Positions 1-9,479 of a stretch of 39,173 nt of DNA are shown here, in pieces (the first letter of the stretch is position 1; the number at the start of each line of letters is the position of its first letter). The translations under genes and the position numbers were made by a program. The stretch covers positions 6,111-45,283 of the forward strand of contig CAYMFZ010000002.1 of assembly GCA_964389585.1 (NCBI GenBank). The letters run 5' to 3'. Origin of the DNA: an uncultured Pirellulaceae bacterium. Its GTDB lineage: Bacteria; Planctomycetota; Planctomycetia; Pirellulales; Pirellulaceae. The notes beneath the pieces are model-generated. The model ran no database searches and was not told the origin of the DNA. It saw only the letters and a program-made list of their open reading frames with translations.

Positions 1-107
1 AAAGTTCGAGCGGTCCGAACGCGTCCGTCGGCGGGGTCCAGTCGAAGCATGACTTCGCCTAGAGAGAGGATATCGAAACGACATTCTTCGGCAGATTTAA
101 TCTTCAT
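1..107 (-). CDS. PfkB-family sugar kinase (2-dehydro-3-deoxygluconokinase-like), N-terminus only, runs off the window
   Basis: Manual minus-strand translation from ATG at 107 gives MKIKSAEECRFDILSLGEVMLRLDPADGRVRTARTF. GEVMLRL is the typical KdgK/PfkB N-terminal motif. Not in the ORF track because it is truncated. Confidence 0.8.
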   Translation of the reverse strand, partial: MKIKSAEECRFDILSLGEVMLRLDPADGRVRTART

Positions 108-441
108 CGGTCGTGTTTTTTCAGGTAGTTTCAAAGGCTCCGATTCTACACGAAATGTAATGCGGCGCAACCATTAAACAGCGATTGGACAAGGGTGATC
201 ATAGATTTATCACCGAGAGGATCGTGACGATGAGACCGTCACTAGTCAGGTTATAGGCAGGAGTGATTAGTTTTGTTGGAAAAGACAAAATATTGTTACT
301 TCCTACGCGAACAAATAAATTATAAAGGTGAATCTGATCGGCGGTGCGGCTAATCCGTTGAGAAAAATTGGGCAAGATGTTGGCAATGTGTATTTACATC
401 ATGCTGGTTTGGGTGTCTTTCGACCATGAATTGAGGTTGGT

Positions 442-1011
442 GTGACAATTGAGTTTACTTGCGGCAGTTGCAGCACGACGTTACGTGTTCCCAAAGAGCA
501 TTTGGGGAAGCAGGCACGGTGTCCGAAGTGCTCAAACTTGAACGTGGTTCAGCCGTCGCCCAAGGCCGCTTCGCCACCTGTCAAAAATCCGGCTCAAGCT
601 TTGGGGCAAGCTTCGGCGTCATCTGGGCAGCCCGCTGGTTCCGAGAATCCTTACAGCCCAGGGCAGTCGGTGTATCCTGCTCAAGTTCCTGGCCACGGCG
701 GTCCACGAGGGCATTATCAACAGTCCCATCGAGGCGGTTTGATTTTGGCACTGGGAATCATCTCGATTTGTTGCAACGTTGCGGCGGTGCCAGGAATTTT
801 GGCTTGGATCTTTGGCAAGAATGACTTGAAGGCGATGGACGCGGGGCTAATGGATCCTGAAGGTCGGGGTATGACTCAGGCCGGCATGATTATGGGGTTG
901 GTCATGAGTATCTTCGCGCTTATTGGGCTTGTATTCTTGATTTGCTATTTCTTGTTTATCTTTTTGTTCGTTGTTGGCGTAGCGGGTGCCGCAGCAGGCG
1001 GTGGAATGTAA
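442..1011 (+). CDS. Zinc-ribbon plus DUF4190-like membrane protein
   Basis: N-terminal CGSC...CPKC zinc ribbon, Pro/Gln-rich linker with NPY, HRGGLILALGI motif and two hydrophobic helices. Confidence 0.8.
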   Translation: MTIEFTCGSCSTTLRVPKEHLGKQARCPKCSNLNVVQPSPKAASPPVKNPAQALGQASASSGQPAGSENPYSPGQSVYPAQVPGHGGPRGHYQQSHRGGLILALGIISICCNVAAVPGILAWIFGKNDLKAMDAGLMDPEGRGMTQAGMIMGLVMSIFALIGLVFLICYFLFIFLFVVGVAGAAAGGGM

Positions 1012-1130
1012 GTCGGCTTTGAGGGTATAAGCCGGTTTCGGGAACTTACCGAGGTATCGACAATAAGGGCCTCCCAAAACCAGACACTCGATCTGAAGAG
1101 CCAATTTCAAAGCCAGATAGTCGATCAATA

Positions 1131-1218
1131 GTGAGTCGAAGGCGCTAGCCTCGGGTTAGAAGAACCAGCAAAACAAACCACTCGTTGCGCTGGCCCGAGG
1201 CTAGCGCCTACGGCTCAC
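1131..1218. repeat. REP/REPIN-type palindromic element, family A (88 bp)
   Basis: Arms GTGAGTCGAAGGCGCTAGCCTCGGG ... CCCGAGGCTAGCGCCTACGGCTCAC. Near-identical inverted copy at 37718..37805. Lies between convergent genes. Confidence 0.9.
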
Positions 1219-1290
1219 AAGTTTCTGGGTAGGCTCAAAGTACGAGGTGTGTCGATTTTAAGAGTATCGACTTTTATAAGTGCTTGCCTT

Positions 1291-1923
1291 CTAAGTGCTT
1301 GCCTTCAACTGAATGATGAAGCTTTTCCAGTCGAGTCCTGGGACTTCATATTCTGACAACAGCCGGATGTCGACTTTCTTGAGAACGCCCAACTCGTCAG
1401 CCTCGGCTTTTTCCTCAATCCACTTGGGACCCTTGACCGCCAAGAGCCTTCCAAGAGAGGGCCAGACTTCTTCAAACCATGTCCCCATTTTCTTGAGCGG
1501 ACCAACGGCTCTGGCGATTGAATAGTCGTATCGGAAATCTTCCAACAACTCTTCGGCGCGACAGTGGTAGATTTCGCAGCTGACTCCAACCGATTCAGCG
1601 ATTTCACCAAGTGCCGCAGCTTTTTTGCCGACAGAATCGGTCAGCGAAATCGTCAGGTCCGGACGCAAGATGGCCAGAACCATTCCTGGTACGCCACCAC
1701 CTGAACCAATGTCCAAAACCTCTTTGCCTTCAGGGATCAATTTTGAAAGCTCAATTGTGTCCAAGAGATCGCGCGTAACGAACATCTCGTAGGTCGTGTG
1801 GCGCGTAAGATTCAAGTCTTGGTTTTTCTCCCAAAGAGCTTGGCAATAGTGTTTGAGTTTTGGGAAAGCCTCGTTTGGGACTTCCAACTCGAACATGTCA
1901 ATTGTTTTCTTTAAGCTGGCCAC
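1291..1923 (-). CDS. rsmG: 16S rRNA (guanine527-N7)-methyltransferase
   Basis: NLT motif, SAM-binding LDIGSGGGVPG, RAE, ARAV and KG motifs; 210 aa. Confidence 0.93.
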   Translation of the reverse strand: MASLKKTIDMFELEVPNEAFPKLKHYCQALWEKNQDLNLTRHTTYEMFVTRDLLDTIELSKLIPEGKEVLDIGSGGGVPGMVLAILRPDLTISLTDSVGKKAAALGEIAESVGVSCEIYHCRAEELLEDFRYDYSIARAVGPLKKMGTWFEEVWPSLGRLLAVKGPKWIEEKAEADELGVLKKVDIRLLSEYEVPGLDWKSFIIQLKAST

Positions 1924-2109
1924 AGAGTGTTTTTCGCAGGATTGAATGTTGTCAGGTCAATCCATAACTTAGCAGAATGATGGCGGATTGTCGGTAGGTC
2001 TCGAAGCCAAAAGTTCGTTTGGGTTTGGGGCAAGGATATCAACGCTAAACATTTCAAAAGAATTGGGTTGGCTTAGTGTGGCTAGTGAAGCGCTTATCGC
2101 GGCTTTTTT

Positions 2110-2221
2110 GAGCTTCGGTTCATTCGAGCTTCGGTTCATTCGAGCTTCGGTTCATTCGAGCTTCGATTCGATTGAGGTTCGACTCGATTGAGCCTAGACC
2201 CGAATGAGCTTCGATTCAATT
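2110..2221. repeat. 16-bp tandem repeat, 7 units (3 perfect, 4 degenerate)
   Basis: GAGCTTCGGTTCATTC x3 (2110-2157), then GAGCTTCGATTCGATT, GAGGTTCGACTCGATT, GAGCCTAGACCCGAAT and GAGCTTCGATTCAATT at an exact 16-bp period. Confidence 0.9.
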
Positions 2222-2542
2222 CTCGTCGTCGGAGTTATGAGGATGGTCGCGACCGCATGACCAGCAAACATTGAATCCGGCATCGACCGTTTCGCCACAG
2301 ACACATCGCCACTCTGGGATTAGTATTTCCGCGGCTGCGGGGACTTCTCGAATTACTGTTTGTGCCAAATCGAGATTCTCTTGGTGAACGAAAACCAGTA
2401 CGGGTTCCAAGCCCGTTTCGCTGATTGCATCGCCAACCACGATCGCGGAAATTCCGTTGGCTTCGAGTAAGATGCGAACAGAATGGGCCTCAAGCGAGCT
2501 TGGGTATTCTGCGACTTTCGAGAGTTTTTCGCCTTTGTGCAA
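2216..2542 (-). CDS. DUF2007-like (putative signal-transducing) protein with C-terminal RanBP2-like zinc finger
   Basis: EA...LEANGI core and C-terminal WRCVCGETVDAGFNVCWSCG; paralog at 9095..9448. Confidence 0.8.
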   Translation of the reverse strand: MHKGEKLSKVAEYPSSLEAHSVRILLEANGISAIVVGDAISETGLEPVLVFVHQENLDLAQTVIREVPAAAEILIPEWRCVCGETVDAGFNVCWSCGRDHPHNSDDEN

Positions 2543-2685
2543 TATCTGTCGTCTCGTCTTAGGCTTCGGTAGTTCCTACTCTTACTCTTTTTAAAACCCT
2601 CGCTTCGCTTTGGGTTTGGCGCTGTTTCACGGAGTGAAATGCCACAATTTCTGCATCGACTCTTCTCTCGTTAAAAAATTCAGCT

Positions 2686-3783
2686 TTAGATTGCGGCATC
2701 AGAATTGGTGATGACCTGAACAGCGTTGTTGATAATCGGTGAAGTCATCAAGTAGGTTTTTGCATCGGTGAAAATCAACGTTAGGTGGAAGAAGATTGGA
2801 GCCGCAAAACAAAGCGAGTCAATTCGATCAAGCACGCCCGCATGCCCGACGACCAAAGTGCCGTACTCTCTCACGCCGCGATCGCGTTTGATGGCTGACA
2901 TTGTCATGCTGCCCGAAGACGCCATCGAGCTGATGATCAACGCCATAAATCCCGCGCCATACCAAGTAAACGGCGTCACGGGTAACAGGATTTGAATCAA
3001 CATTCCAACGAGCGACGTGCAACAGGCCGCTCCGATCAATCCTTCCCAAGTCTTCGTCGCGTTGACGGTCGGCGCGATCACGTGACGACCGAACAACCGA
3101 TCCCAGACGAAATGCAGCATGTCGCTGACTTGAACGATGACAATAAAAAAGAACAGCAGGCCCGCAGTCGAACCATCCCATCGAACGTACTTTAATGTCG
3201 CTGAATCCCAGGTCGCCAAATCCAAATTCAAAAGCGCCGGGGCGTGGCTGAGCGAGTAAACGCAAATCAGCAAGCCGAATTGAATCTTGGCCGTTCGTTC
3301 GAGAAATCGTTTGTGGTCACCTGTAAACGCGATTCGAGCTGGAATGAACAGCGAAGCGTAAACGGGAATGATGATCGTGTAAAAATCGTAAAGATCGAAC
3401 CCAACCAGCACATATTGGAGTGGAGTGAATCCGAAGAACACCCAAAACAGCGTCCGATGATCACCACGTCGCGTCGGCGTCATCGTGATGAATTCGCGCA
3501 ATGCCCAAAACGAAATCAAGCCAAACAAAACAACCGTAACGACTTTGTTGAGCAGTAACGCGACCACCAGAAGAACGCAAATCGTTAGCCAGGAGGTGAC
3601 TCGCTTGTTAAAAGTTCTGATGATCGCCGGATCGATATGCGATTCCGGTTTTCGTTTCAACATTTGAGCGATGAACAACAGAATCGAAAGCGAAACGAGG
3701 ACGATCAAAACCAAAACGATGGTCAGCTTGTCCAAGCCTGTTGAAGGCAGTTTGGCAACTAAGGGTTGTAAGTTTGAAATCAC
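2686..3783 (-). CDS. Phosphatidate cytidylyltransferase family protein (CdsA/YnbB-like)
   Basis: Multi-pass membrane protein with KTWEG, SAIKRDRGVREYG and GHAGVLDRIDS motifs. Confidence 0.9.
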   Translation of the reverse strand: MISNLQPLVAKLPSTGLDKLTIVLVLIVLVSLSILLFIAQMLKRKPESHIDPAIIRTFNKRVTSWLTICVLLVVALLLNKVVTVVLFGLISFWALREFITMTPTRRGDHRTLFWVFFGFTPLQYVLVGFDLYDFYTIIIPVYASLFIPARIAFTGDHKRFLERTAKIQFGLLICVYSLSHAPALLNLDLATWDSATLKYVRWDGSTAGLLFFFIVIVQVSDMLHFVWDRLFGRHVIAPTVNATKTWEGLIGAACCTSLVGMLIQILLPVTPFTWYGAGFMALIISSMASSGSMTMSAIKRDRGVREYGTLVVGHAGVLDRIDSLCFAAPIFFHLTLIFTDAKTYLMTSPIINNAVQVITNSDAAI

Positions 3784-3910
3784 AGGTTGAGGAGTTTTCG
3801 ATAGATTGAATTGGATGAAGCGATTTCAGATGCTGCGATTTCAGGTTCGAATTTAATAGCCGAAGCGAAGCCAAGTCATCGCTAATGTTAGCAATCAGAG
3901 GTGGTGAATT

Positions 3911-4519
3911 TCAAGACTCTTTCATCTTCAGCACGGATTCCCTGGCTCGGGTAAGGAACTCTGTTTTGGTTTCGCCTGATTCCAGCCAGATTGGTGCTCC
4001 AATTGAGATGCAACTTAGCAACGGCACGGGCAGGAATTCTCCCTTGGGCATGACGCGATTGAGGTTGTCAATATAGACCGGAATCAATTCTAGGTCGGGA
4101 CGTTTTTTCGCCAAATGGAACAGGCCGCTTTTGAAATCACTCATTTCACCTGATGGATTTCGCCCGCCCTCGGGAAAAACGATCAGCGAGTTCGTGTTCC
4201 CAATCTCGCGAAGCATCATGTCAATCGGACTGTTGTGGACTTTGATCTTTTTACGATCGATCAACAGAACATTGAAAACCGAAGCCATATAACGCCTGAC
4301 CGGGCCGCCTGACCAATAGTCGACAGCAGCCACCGGGCGAGTCAGGCTTCGAATGTTCTTTGGCAGGGATGACCATAACACCAACGCGTCCAAGTGGCTG
4401 GTGTGGTTGGCAAAATAGATTCGCTGACATGTGTCCGGTTCACAGTTAACCCAGCGCAGCGTGGCCCCGCTTAGAATTTTGGCGACCGCGGCAAGAACCG
4501 GAACCGTGATCTGCTTCAT
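3911..4519 (-). CDS. Lysophospholipid (1-acyl-sn-glycerol-3-phosphate) acyltransferase
   Basis: NHTSHLD and FPEGGR motifs. Start reassigned to ATG 4519 (MKQITV) because the longer ORF overlaps the upstream gene. Confidence 0.88.
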   Translation of the reverse strand: MKQITVPVLAAVAKILSGATLRWVNCEPDTCQRIYFANHTSHLDALVLWSSLPKNIRSLTRPVAAVDYWSGGPVRRYMASVFNVLLIDRKKIKVHNSPIDMMLREIGNTNSLIVFPEGGRNPSGEMSDFKSGLFHLAKKRPDLELIPVYIDNLNRVMPKGEFLPVPLLSCISIGAPIWLESGETKTEFLTRARESVLKMKES

Positions 4520-4671
4520 TCGAATGGGCCAATCGAGTAGGTGGAATTCCGCAAGACGGTTGTCGTCGCGGCTAACTCGATATTGTTTCGAAGTCCCTGA
4601 GTTTTTCAAGGCTGTTAGTTGGCCCGCATTCGCAAAACGATTGGCAAACGATTGGCAGCTCAGGCAACTTC

Positions 4672-5913
4672 TCAGTTGGATTCCGCAGGGAAGTCGTGGT
4701 TCCAACTGACGACGCCGTTTTCACCAGGCTCACTTGAGTTACCAGTTTCAACTGCATCCCCGTCTAGCGAGACCGGTTGGCCGAACTTTCGAGAATAGAT
4801 CTCCTCGATCAGTTCCATATAGCCTTCTGTCATGCTGTCGAGCGAGCTGTTGGAAACGATATGAGATCGTCCAGCCTGCCCCATCGATTGACGCATTTCT
4901 GAATCGATCAAGAGTGTCAGCCAACGTTCAGCCATCAATTCAGCGTCATCAGCCGGCACAAGAAAGCCGGATTGGCCTTCAAGAACTGACTCGTCAATCG
5001 AGCCAACATCGGTTGCAACCACCGGGCGTTGGCAAGAAAGGGCTTCCATGATTGAAACGGGGCTCGCTTCGTTGTGCGAAGTTAACGCGAACATGTCGAA
5101 CATCGAAAGCACGCCGCGGATGTCGTTTTGGGATCCAATGAAATAAACTTCATCCTGGATTCCTTTTTGATTTGCAAGCTCTTCCAAGCGTTGACGTTCA
5201 GGGCCATCGCCGGCGATGACAAACCGTGCCGAGGGAAGCTTTTCCAAAACGAGCCGAGCGGATTCAAGGAATAAGTCGTGATTCTTTTCAGGGCGAAGTG
5301 CCGCGACGATTCCAGTCACCGGTGCTTCCGGAGTAATTCCAATTTGCTCCCGCCAACTTTTTCGGCTGTCGGCATCGAAAACGAACGCATCGGTGTCGAT
5401 GCCATTTGGAATCAAGAAGACTTTTTGCTCCGGGAATTTTTCTTGGTTAATTTGATACTCGGCGTGTTGTTGGGCGACCGCGATGAAGCCATCAGTGATC
5501 CCAGTGAGCATTCGATTCATTCGTCCCACGCCATCAGGCCATCCCGTCGAATGTAGAGCCGACAATACGACTGGCGTTTTGGCAAGTTTCGCACCAATTC
5601 GGCCCCAGAACATTTTGTCGCCTGCTCCGATCGTGATGAGCGCATCAATCTGCTGATCACGTAACAGCTTTCTCAATCGAGTCGCCACGGCGACGTCGTA
5701 CTTGTGCTTGATCAAGTCTTCAAAGACTGGAACTTCAGCCGCCAGAACTTCCCCCAAGACATCTTTCTGCTTCATGCAGCCAATTACCGGTTCGATTCGA
5801 GTTCGATCAAGTCGGCGAATCAAGTTGACCAGCAGTGTTTCTGCACCACCAATGGGCATGCTGGTCAACAAGAACATGACGCGTAGCGGCCGCGTTTTAA
5901 GTTTCTTTAACAT
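4672..5913 (-). CDS. Glycosyltransferase family 4
   Basis: GGAE, IPNGID, LRPEKNH, GDGPER and SHNEASPVSIMEA motifs. Confidence 0.92.
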   Translation of the reverse strand: MLKKLKTRPLRVMFLLTSMPIGGAETLLVNLIRRLDRTRIEPVIGCMKQKDVLGEVLAAEVPVFEDLIKHKYDVAVATRLRKLLRDQQIDALITIGAGDKMFWGRIGAKLAKTPVVLSALHSTGWPDGVGRMNRMLTGITDGFIAVAQQHAEYQINQEKFPEQKVFLIPNGIDTDAFVFDADSRKSWREQIGITPEAPVTGIVAALRPEKNHDLFLESARLVLEKLPSARFVIAGDGPERQRLEELANQKGIQDEVYFIGSQNDIRGVLSMFDMFALTSHNEASPVSIMEALSCQRPVVATDVGSIDESVLEGQSGFLVPADDAELMAERWLTLLIDSEMRQSMGQAGRSHIVSNSSLDSMTEGYMELIEEIYSRKFGQPVSLDGDAVETGNSSEPGENGVVSWNHDFPAESN

Positions 5914-5926
5914 TGCTTATAAACGC

Positions 5927-6874
5927 CTAAGCGGTTGGAGTTTGGGAAGATTGCGAAGTCGAGTTGTCCAGCGTTGGCATCACATCGAGAGGTGGCGTTG
6001 AATTTGATTCGTCGATTGGCTTAGGTGAATCTATTTTTGAATCGTGTTTTTCGTAATCGTAGCGCTTCGTTTTGGCCATTCTCGGATCCAGCGTCAGCCA
6101 GTTCTTGACCCTCGCGAAAACCGGGTCAGCGTGAATTCGTTGGATGTGAAACGCATCGCCGCCGATTTCATTCCAGCCTTGGTATGCCGAGCAGACGCCA
6201 AGAAATCCCGCCTCTTTCAGCAAATGAAACACGGCTGGATTAAGGTTCGAAAACTTGCCAAACGGAAATGCGAAGTAACGGAGCTTACGACCAATCAGTT
6301 CACCCATTTCATTTGATGCGTGAATGACTTCGTCGACTAAAGTCTCCTCGCAAGTAATCTTGCCCAAGTCGTAATGTGATCGAGTGTGTGCACCAATTTC
6401 AATGCCAGCCAAATCGAGCGATCGTAGTGACTCAATCGTATTCGTGGGGAGCGGAGTATTTAGCTCGCGGTCGTGAGGGAAAGTCTGTTGTTCAGTCGTG
6501 TGATAGGTCGTGACAAAGTAAGTCGCTGGAATTCCTCGCTCGATCAACAACGGCAGCGCAAAATCGCAGTTCTCGGCGTATCCATCGTCAAAAGTTATCG
6601 ACACGGTTGGGCGGTCATTGAAACCGCTTCGAATTCGACGTTGGCTTTCCTCTAAATCGACGAGGTCGAAGTTTTCCTGAAGCCAGTCAATTTGCCGCTG
6701 AAAATCTGCACACGTCATCGTCCATTCATTTAGCGCGTGATCAGCAACTCGGTGATAGAAAAGCGACAAAATGGGCACGGTCCCTTCGCGTTGCATACGA
6801 CGAAATTGAAGCTTCCGAAGCGGAGTCGTGGCAAGCCGATAAGCGTCGATAAATTTTGAATTCCAAGTTTTCAT
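5927..6874 (-). CDS. Polysaccharide deacetylase (CE4/NodB)
   Basis: YHRV, TFDDGY, HTRSH and FAFPFG motifs. Confidence 0.9.
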   Translation of the reverse strand: MKTWNSKFIDAYRLATTPLRKLQFRRMQREGTVPILSLFYHRVADHALNEWTMTCADFQRQIDWLQENFDLVDLEESQRRIRSGFNDRPTVSITFDDGYAENCDFALPLLIERGIPATYFVTTYHTTEQQTFPHDRELNTPLPTNTIESLRSLDLAGIEIGAHTRSHYDLGKITCEETLVDEVIHASNEMGELIGRKLRYFAFPFGKFSNLNPAVFHLLKEAGFLGVCSAYQGWNEIGGDAFHIQRIHADPVFARVKNWLTLDPRMAKTKRYDYEKHDSKIDSPKPIDESNSTPPLDVMPTLDNSTSQSSQTPTA

Positions 6875-7266
6875 TTTGACGCGAAGATCCGTTGGATCGT
6901 TCTTTTAGCAACTTCTTTTTGTAGAGCTCTCACAGAAAGAGCGGTGGTCTTTGTAATTGTTGGTTACCCACGGCGATCGTCCATTGTTATTTGTGCAATT
7001 TTGAGATCAGGAATTGAGTAGAGCGAATGATCGTCATAACCAGTTCAGACAAACCGTCGAAGCGATGATGACGCTGAGTTGTGATGACCGTTGCGGTGGA
7101 CGTGGCAAACGCGACCTAGGCTTTTTTAAAGCGTTGCTCGGTCTGTTGTTGAGCGATCTTCTAATGAAGACCTCCTGACTAATTAAGTCATCGCTTTTGT
7201 TTACAAAATCCAAAATTGCAATTTTCCAACTGCTCTCGACCCAATTTGAAGACTCAAAGGCTGACT

Positions 7267-8037
7267 ATGTCCATCAAGCGACACTTATTTGGTATTAAGA
7301 TCGACGCGATTCGAATGAACGAAGCCGTCGCAAGTGTTCGAGCTTGGGTTAACGAATCGCCATCTGAATGTCGTTACGTCGTGACTCCCAATGTCGACCA
7401 TGCCGTTCTCTTTCAAGAAAACGAAGGGCTGTGTAAGTCCTACGAAGAAGCGCACTTGATTCTGGCTGATGGGCATCCCATTGTTTGGGCATCTCGTTTA
7501 CTTCGGCAACCATTACCAGAACGCGTTGCCGGTTCAGAACTTGTTCCGGCTTTGTTTGACTCGTGCAACGAATCGGGCGGTCTCCGCGTGTTTCTGTTAG
7601 GAGCCCAGCCGGGAGTGGGGGCGATTGCTGCAGCCAACATGAAGAAACTTTGGCCCAATGTTGAGACCGTGGGCGTTTACAGCCCACCGATGGGATTCGA
7701 AAAAGACCCAGAAGAAAACAATTACATCCTCGGTCGAATTGCACTTTGTCGTCCCGACGTTGTCATCGTTGGGTTGGGAGCACCCAAGCAAGAGATATGG
7801 GTCAATAACCATTACAAGCAGATGAACGCGAAAGCCGCGTTGTGTGTCGGTGCGACAATCGACTTTTTAGCCGGTGAGCAAAAGCGGGCTCCCGTTTGGA
7901 TGCAAAAGGGCGGAGTCGAATGGCTGCATCGCATGTGCAGTCAACCACGACGGCTGGTGAAGCGCTATGCGAAAGATGCTTGGGTGTTTCCGCAGCTTGT
8001 TTGGCGACAAATGTTTGCCAAGCAGACCGGGTTTTGA
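7267..8037 (+). CDS. WecB/TagA/CpsF-family glycosyltransferase
   Basis: VVTPNVDH, ADG, ERVAGSEL, GLGAPKQE, VGATIDF, RAP, EWLHR and RY motifs. Start placed at ATG 7267. Confidence 0.93.
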   Translation: MSIKRHLFGIKIDAIRMNEAVASVRAWVNESPSECRYVVTPNVDHAVLFQENEGLCKSYEEAHLILADGHPIVWASRLLRQPLPERVAGSELVPALFDSCNESGGLRVFLLGAQPGVGAIAAANMKKLWPNVETVGVYSPPMGFEKDPEENNYILGRIALCRPDVVIVGLGAPKQEIWVNNHYKQMNAKAALCVGATIDFLAGEQKRAPVWMQKGGVEWLHRMCSQPRRLVKRYAKDAWVFPQLVWRQMFAKQTGF

Positions 8038-8064
8038 GAGTTCGATTTTCGCTTGACTTGTGAG

Positions 8065-9009
8065 CTATTCCGCAGGAACCAAGTTGATTTTGTAGAGTTT
8101 CGAGCAAAGCTTGCCTGTCACCAAGAGCGTTCGTTCGCCTGGAACCAGTGCAATCCCATTCATGATCCCGTCCAATGGTCGATCGCTCTTCGGCCAAAGT
8201 CCCGTCAAGTCGATGATGGATGTCACTGCGCCTGAGCTCGGATCGATCTCGTAGACTAAATCGGAAAGGTACTTGTTCGCAAATAGCTTGCCGCCCGCAA
8301 ATTCCAGCTCATTCAACTGACCAACTGGCAGGCCAGATTTTCTGCGAACCTTAAGCGTTCGTTTCAGTTCAAATGTTTTTGGGTCTCGAAACTGAAGTGT
8401 GTGTGACCCATCGCTCATGATCAGTTCGTTCTTGTTGGTGTCGGTCGTGATTCCCCAACCTTGGCCTTCGTAAGTAAACTCTTTGACGGGTTGCAAGTTC
8501 TTGTCGTAAACAAAAGCTTTTCCTGCTTTCCAGGTTAACTGAATGAGTTGATCGTCAACCATCGTTAAGCCTTCACCAAAGTACTTACTATCGACGGGTT
8601 CGTTTTGAAGGATCTCGCCCGTCTTCAAGTCGATCTTGCGAATCGACGACTCGCCCTTGCGACCAGTGCTTTCCCAAATAGCTCCGTCAGCGACCAAGAG
8701 CCCTTGAGTGAATGCTTTTTCATCGTGGTCGATTGTGTCGACCAAATCAAAAGTAAACCTGGGCGCTTGGTTTTGTTGTTTCTTGAGAAAGACGGCCAGA
8801 TACGTGCCACCTACGGAGATGGTCAAGAACAAAGCGATCAATCCCCATCGCATTGGACGCTTTTCCGAATGGCCTAAAGGAGAGCCTAGGGGAGAGCCTA
8901 GGGGAGAGCCTAGGGGAGAGTTGGCTGTGGAAGTTTTTTTGGCCGATTGAGTTTGCTCGGTCGTCGGAGGAAAACTGCGAGACCTACGCTTTGGTTTGTT
9001 CTTGGACAT
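8065..9009 (-). CDS. Glutaminyl-peptide cyclotransferase (plant/Xanthomonas type), N-terminally membrane-anchored
   Basis: FTQGL, ESTG, FGEG, QLTWK, GWG, SDGS, LNELE, NGIA and TGK motifs; single TM helix near the N-terminus. Confidence 0.92.
   Translation of the reverse strand: MSKNKPKRRSRSFPPTTEQTQSAKKTSTANSPLGSPLGSPLGSPLGHSEKRPMRWGLIALFLTISVGGTYLAVFLKKQQNQAPRFTFDLVDTIDHDEKAFTQGLLVADGAIWESTGRKGESSIRKIDLKTGEILQNEPVDSKYFGEGLTMVDDQLIQLTWKAGKAFVYDKNLQPVKEFTYEGQGWGITTDTNKNELIMSDGSHTLQFRDPKTFELKRTLKVRRKSGLPVGQLNELEFAGGKLFANKYLSDLVYEIDPSSGAVTSIIDLTGLWPKSDRPLDGIMNGIALVPGERTLLVTGKLCSKLYKINLVPAE
8872..8920. repeat. 12-bp in-frame tandem repeat encoding (SPLG)x4
   Basis: GCCTAAAGGAGA GCCTAGGGGAGA GCCTAGGGGAGA GCCTAGGGGAGA on the plus strand. 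Confidence 0.9.
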
Positions 9010-9094
9010 TAATATTGCAAACGATTCACGATATGTTTCTCAGCGCCTAGCGACGCACGAACGCTGATTCTGTTGAGTCTAATTTGTTGGATTC

Positions 9095-9448
9095 TTATTC
9101 CGCCTCTGAATTGGCATTGGATTCTATTGGGCCTTCATAGTCTGCTCCGCACGACCAACACACGCCGAATCCCTCATCGACATCTTCACCGCACTTACAA
9201 GTCCAAGCCGGAATCGCGTCGCCGTCGTCTTCCATGGCGTTGATGAGCAGTTCTTTGGATTTCGCTACGTCTTCTTCATAGACAAACATCTCAATCTCAT
9301 CGGGCCCGTCGAGTGCAGCTCCGAACGCCGAATCCCCAAGGCCTTTGACTAACACATGGATGCCATTGTCTTCAAGCGTTCCCTTGTAGAAATTTGCTTC
9401 GACGTCGGTTTCTACGACGAGCAATCGGACTAACGTTTTTTCTTCCAT
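9095..9448 (-). CDS. DUF2007-like protein with C-terminal zinc finger
   Basis: EA...LEDNGI core and WTCKCGEDVDEGFGVCWSCG; paralog of 2216..2542. Confidence 0.8.
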   Translation of the reverse strand: MEEKTLVRLLVVETDVEANFYKGTLEDNGIHVLVKGLGDSAFGAALDGPDEIEMFVYEEDVAKSKELLINAMEDDGDAIPAWTCKCGEDVDEGFGVCWSCGADYEGPIESNANSEAE

Positions 9449-9479
9449 AGCGCTACTCGATTCAAAACAGATGTGAGAT

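Noticed and set aside
2110-2221. Possible CRISPR array
   Set aside because: Units are contiguous 16-mers without spacers, and there are no cas genes in the window.
4520-4705. N-terminal extension of the acyltransferase ORF
   Set aside because: It overlaps the upstream GT4 gene and is not family-like; ATG 4519 gives a typical length.
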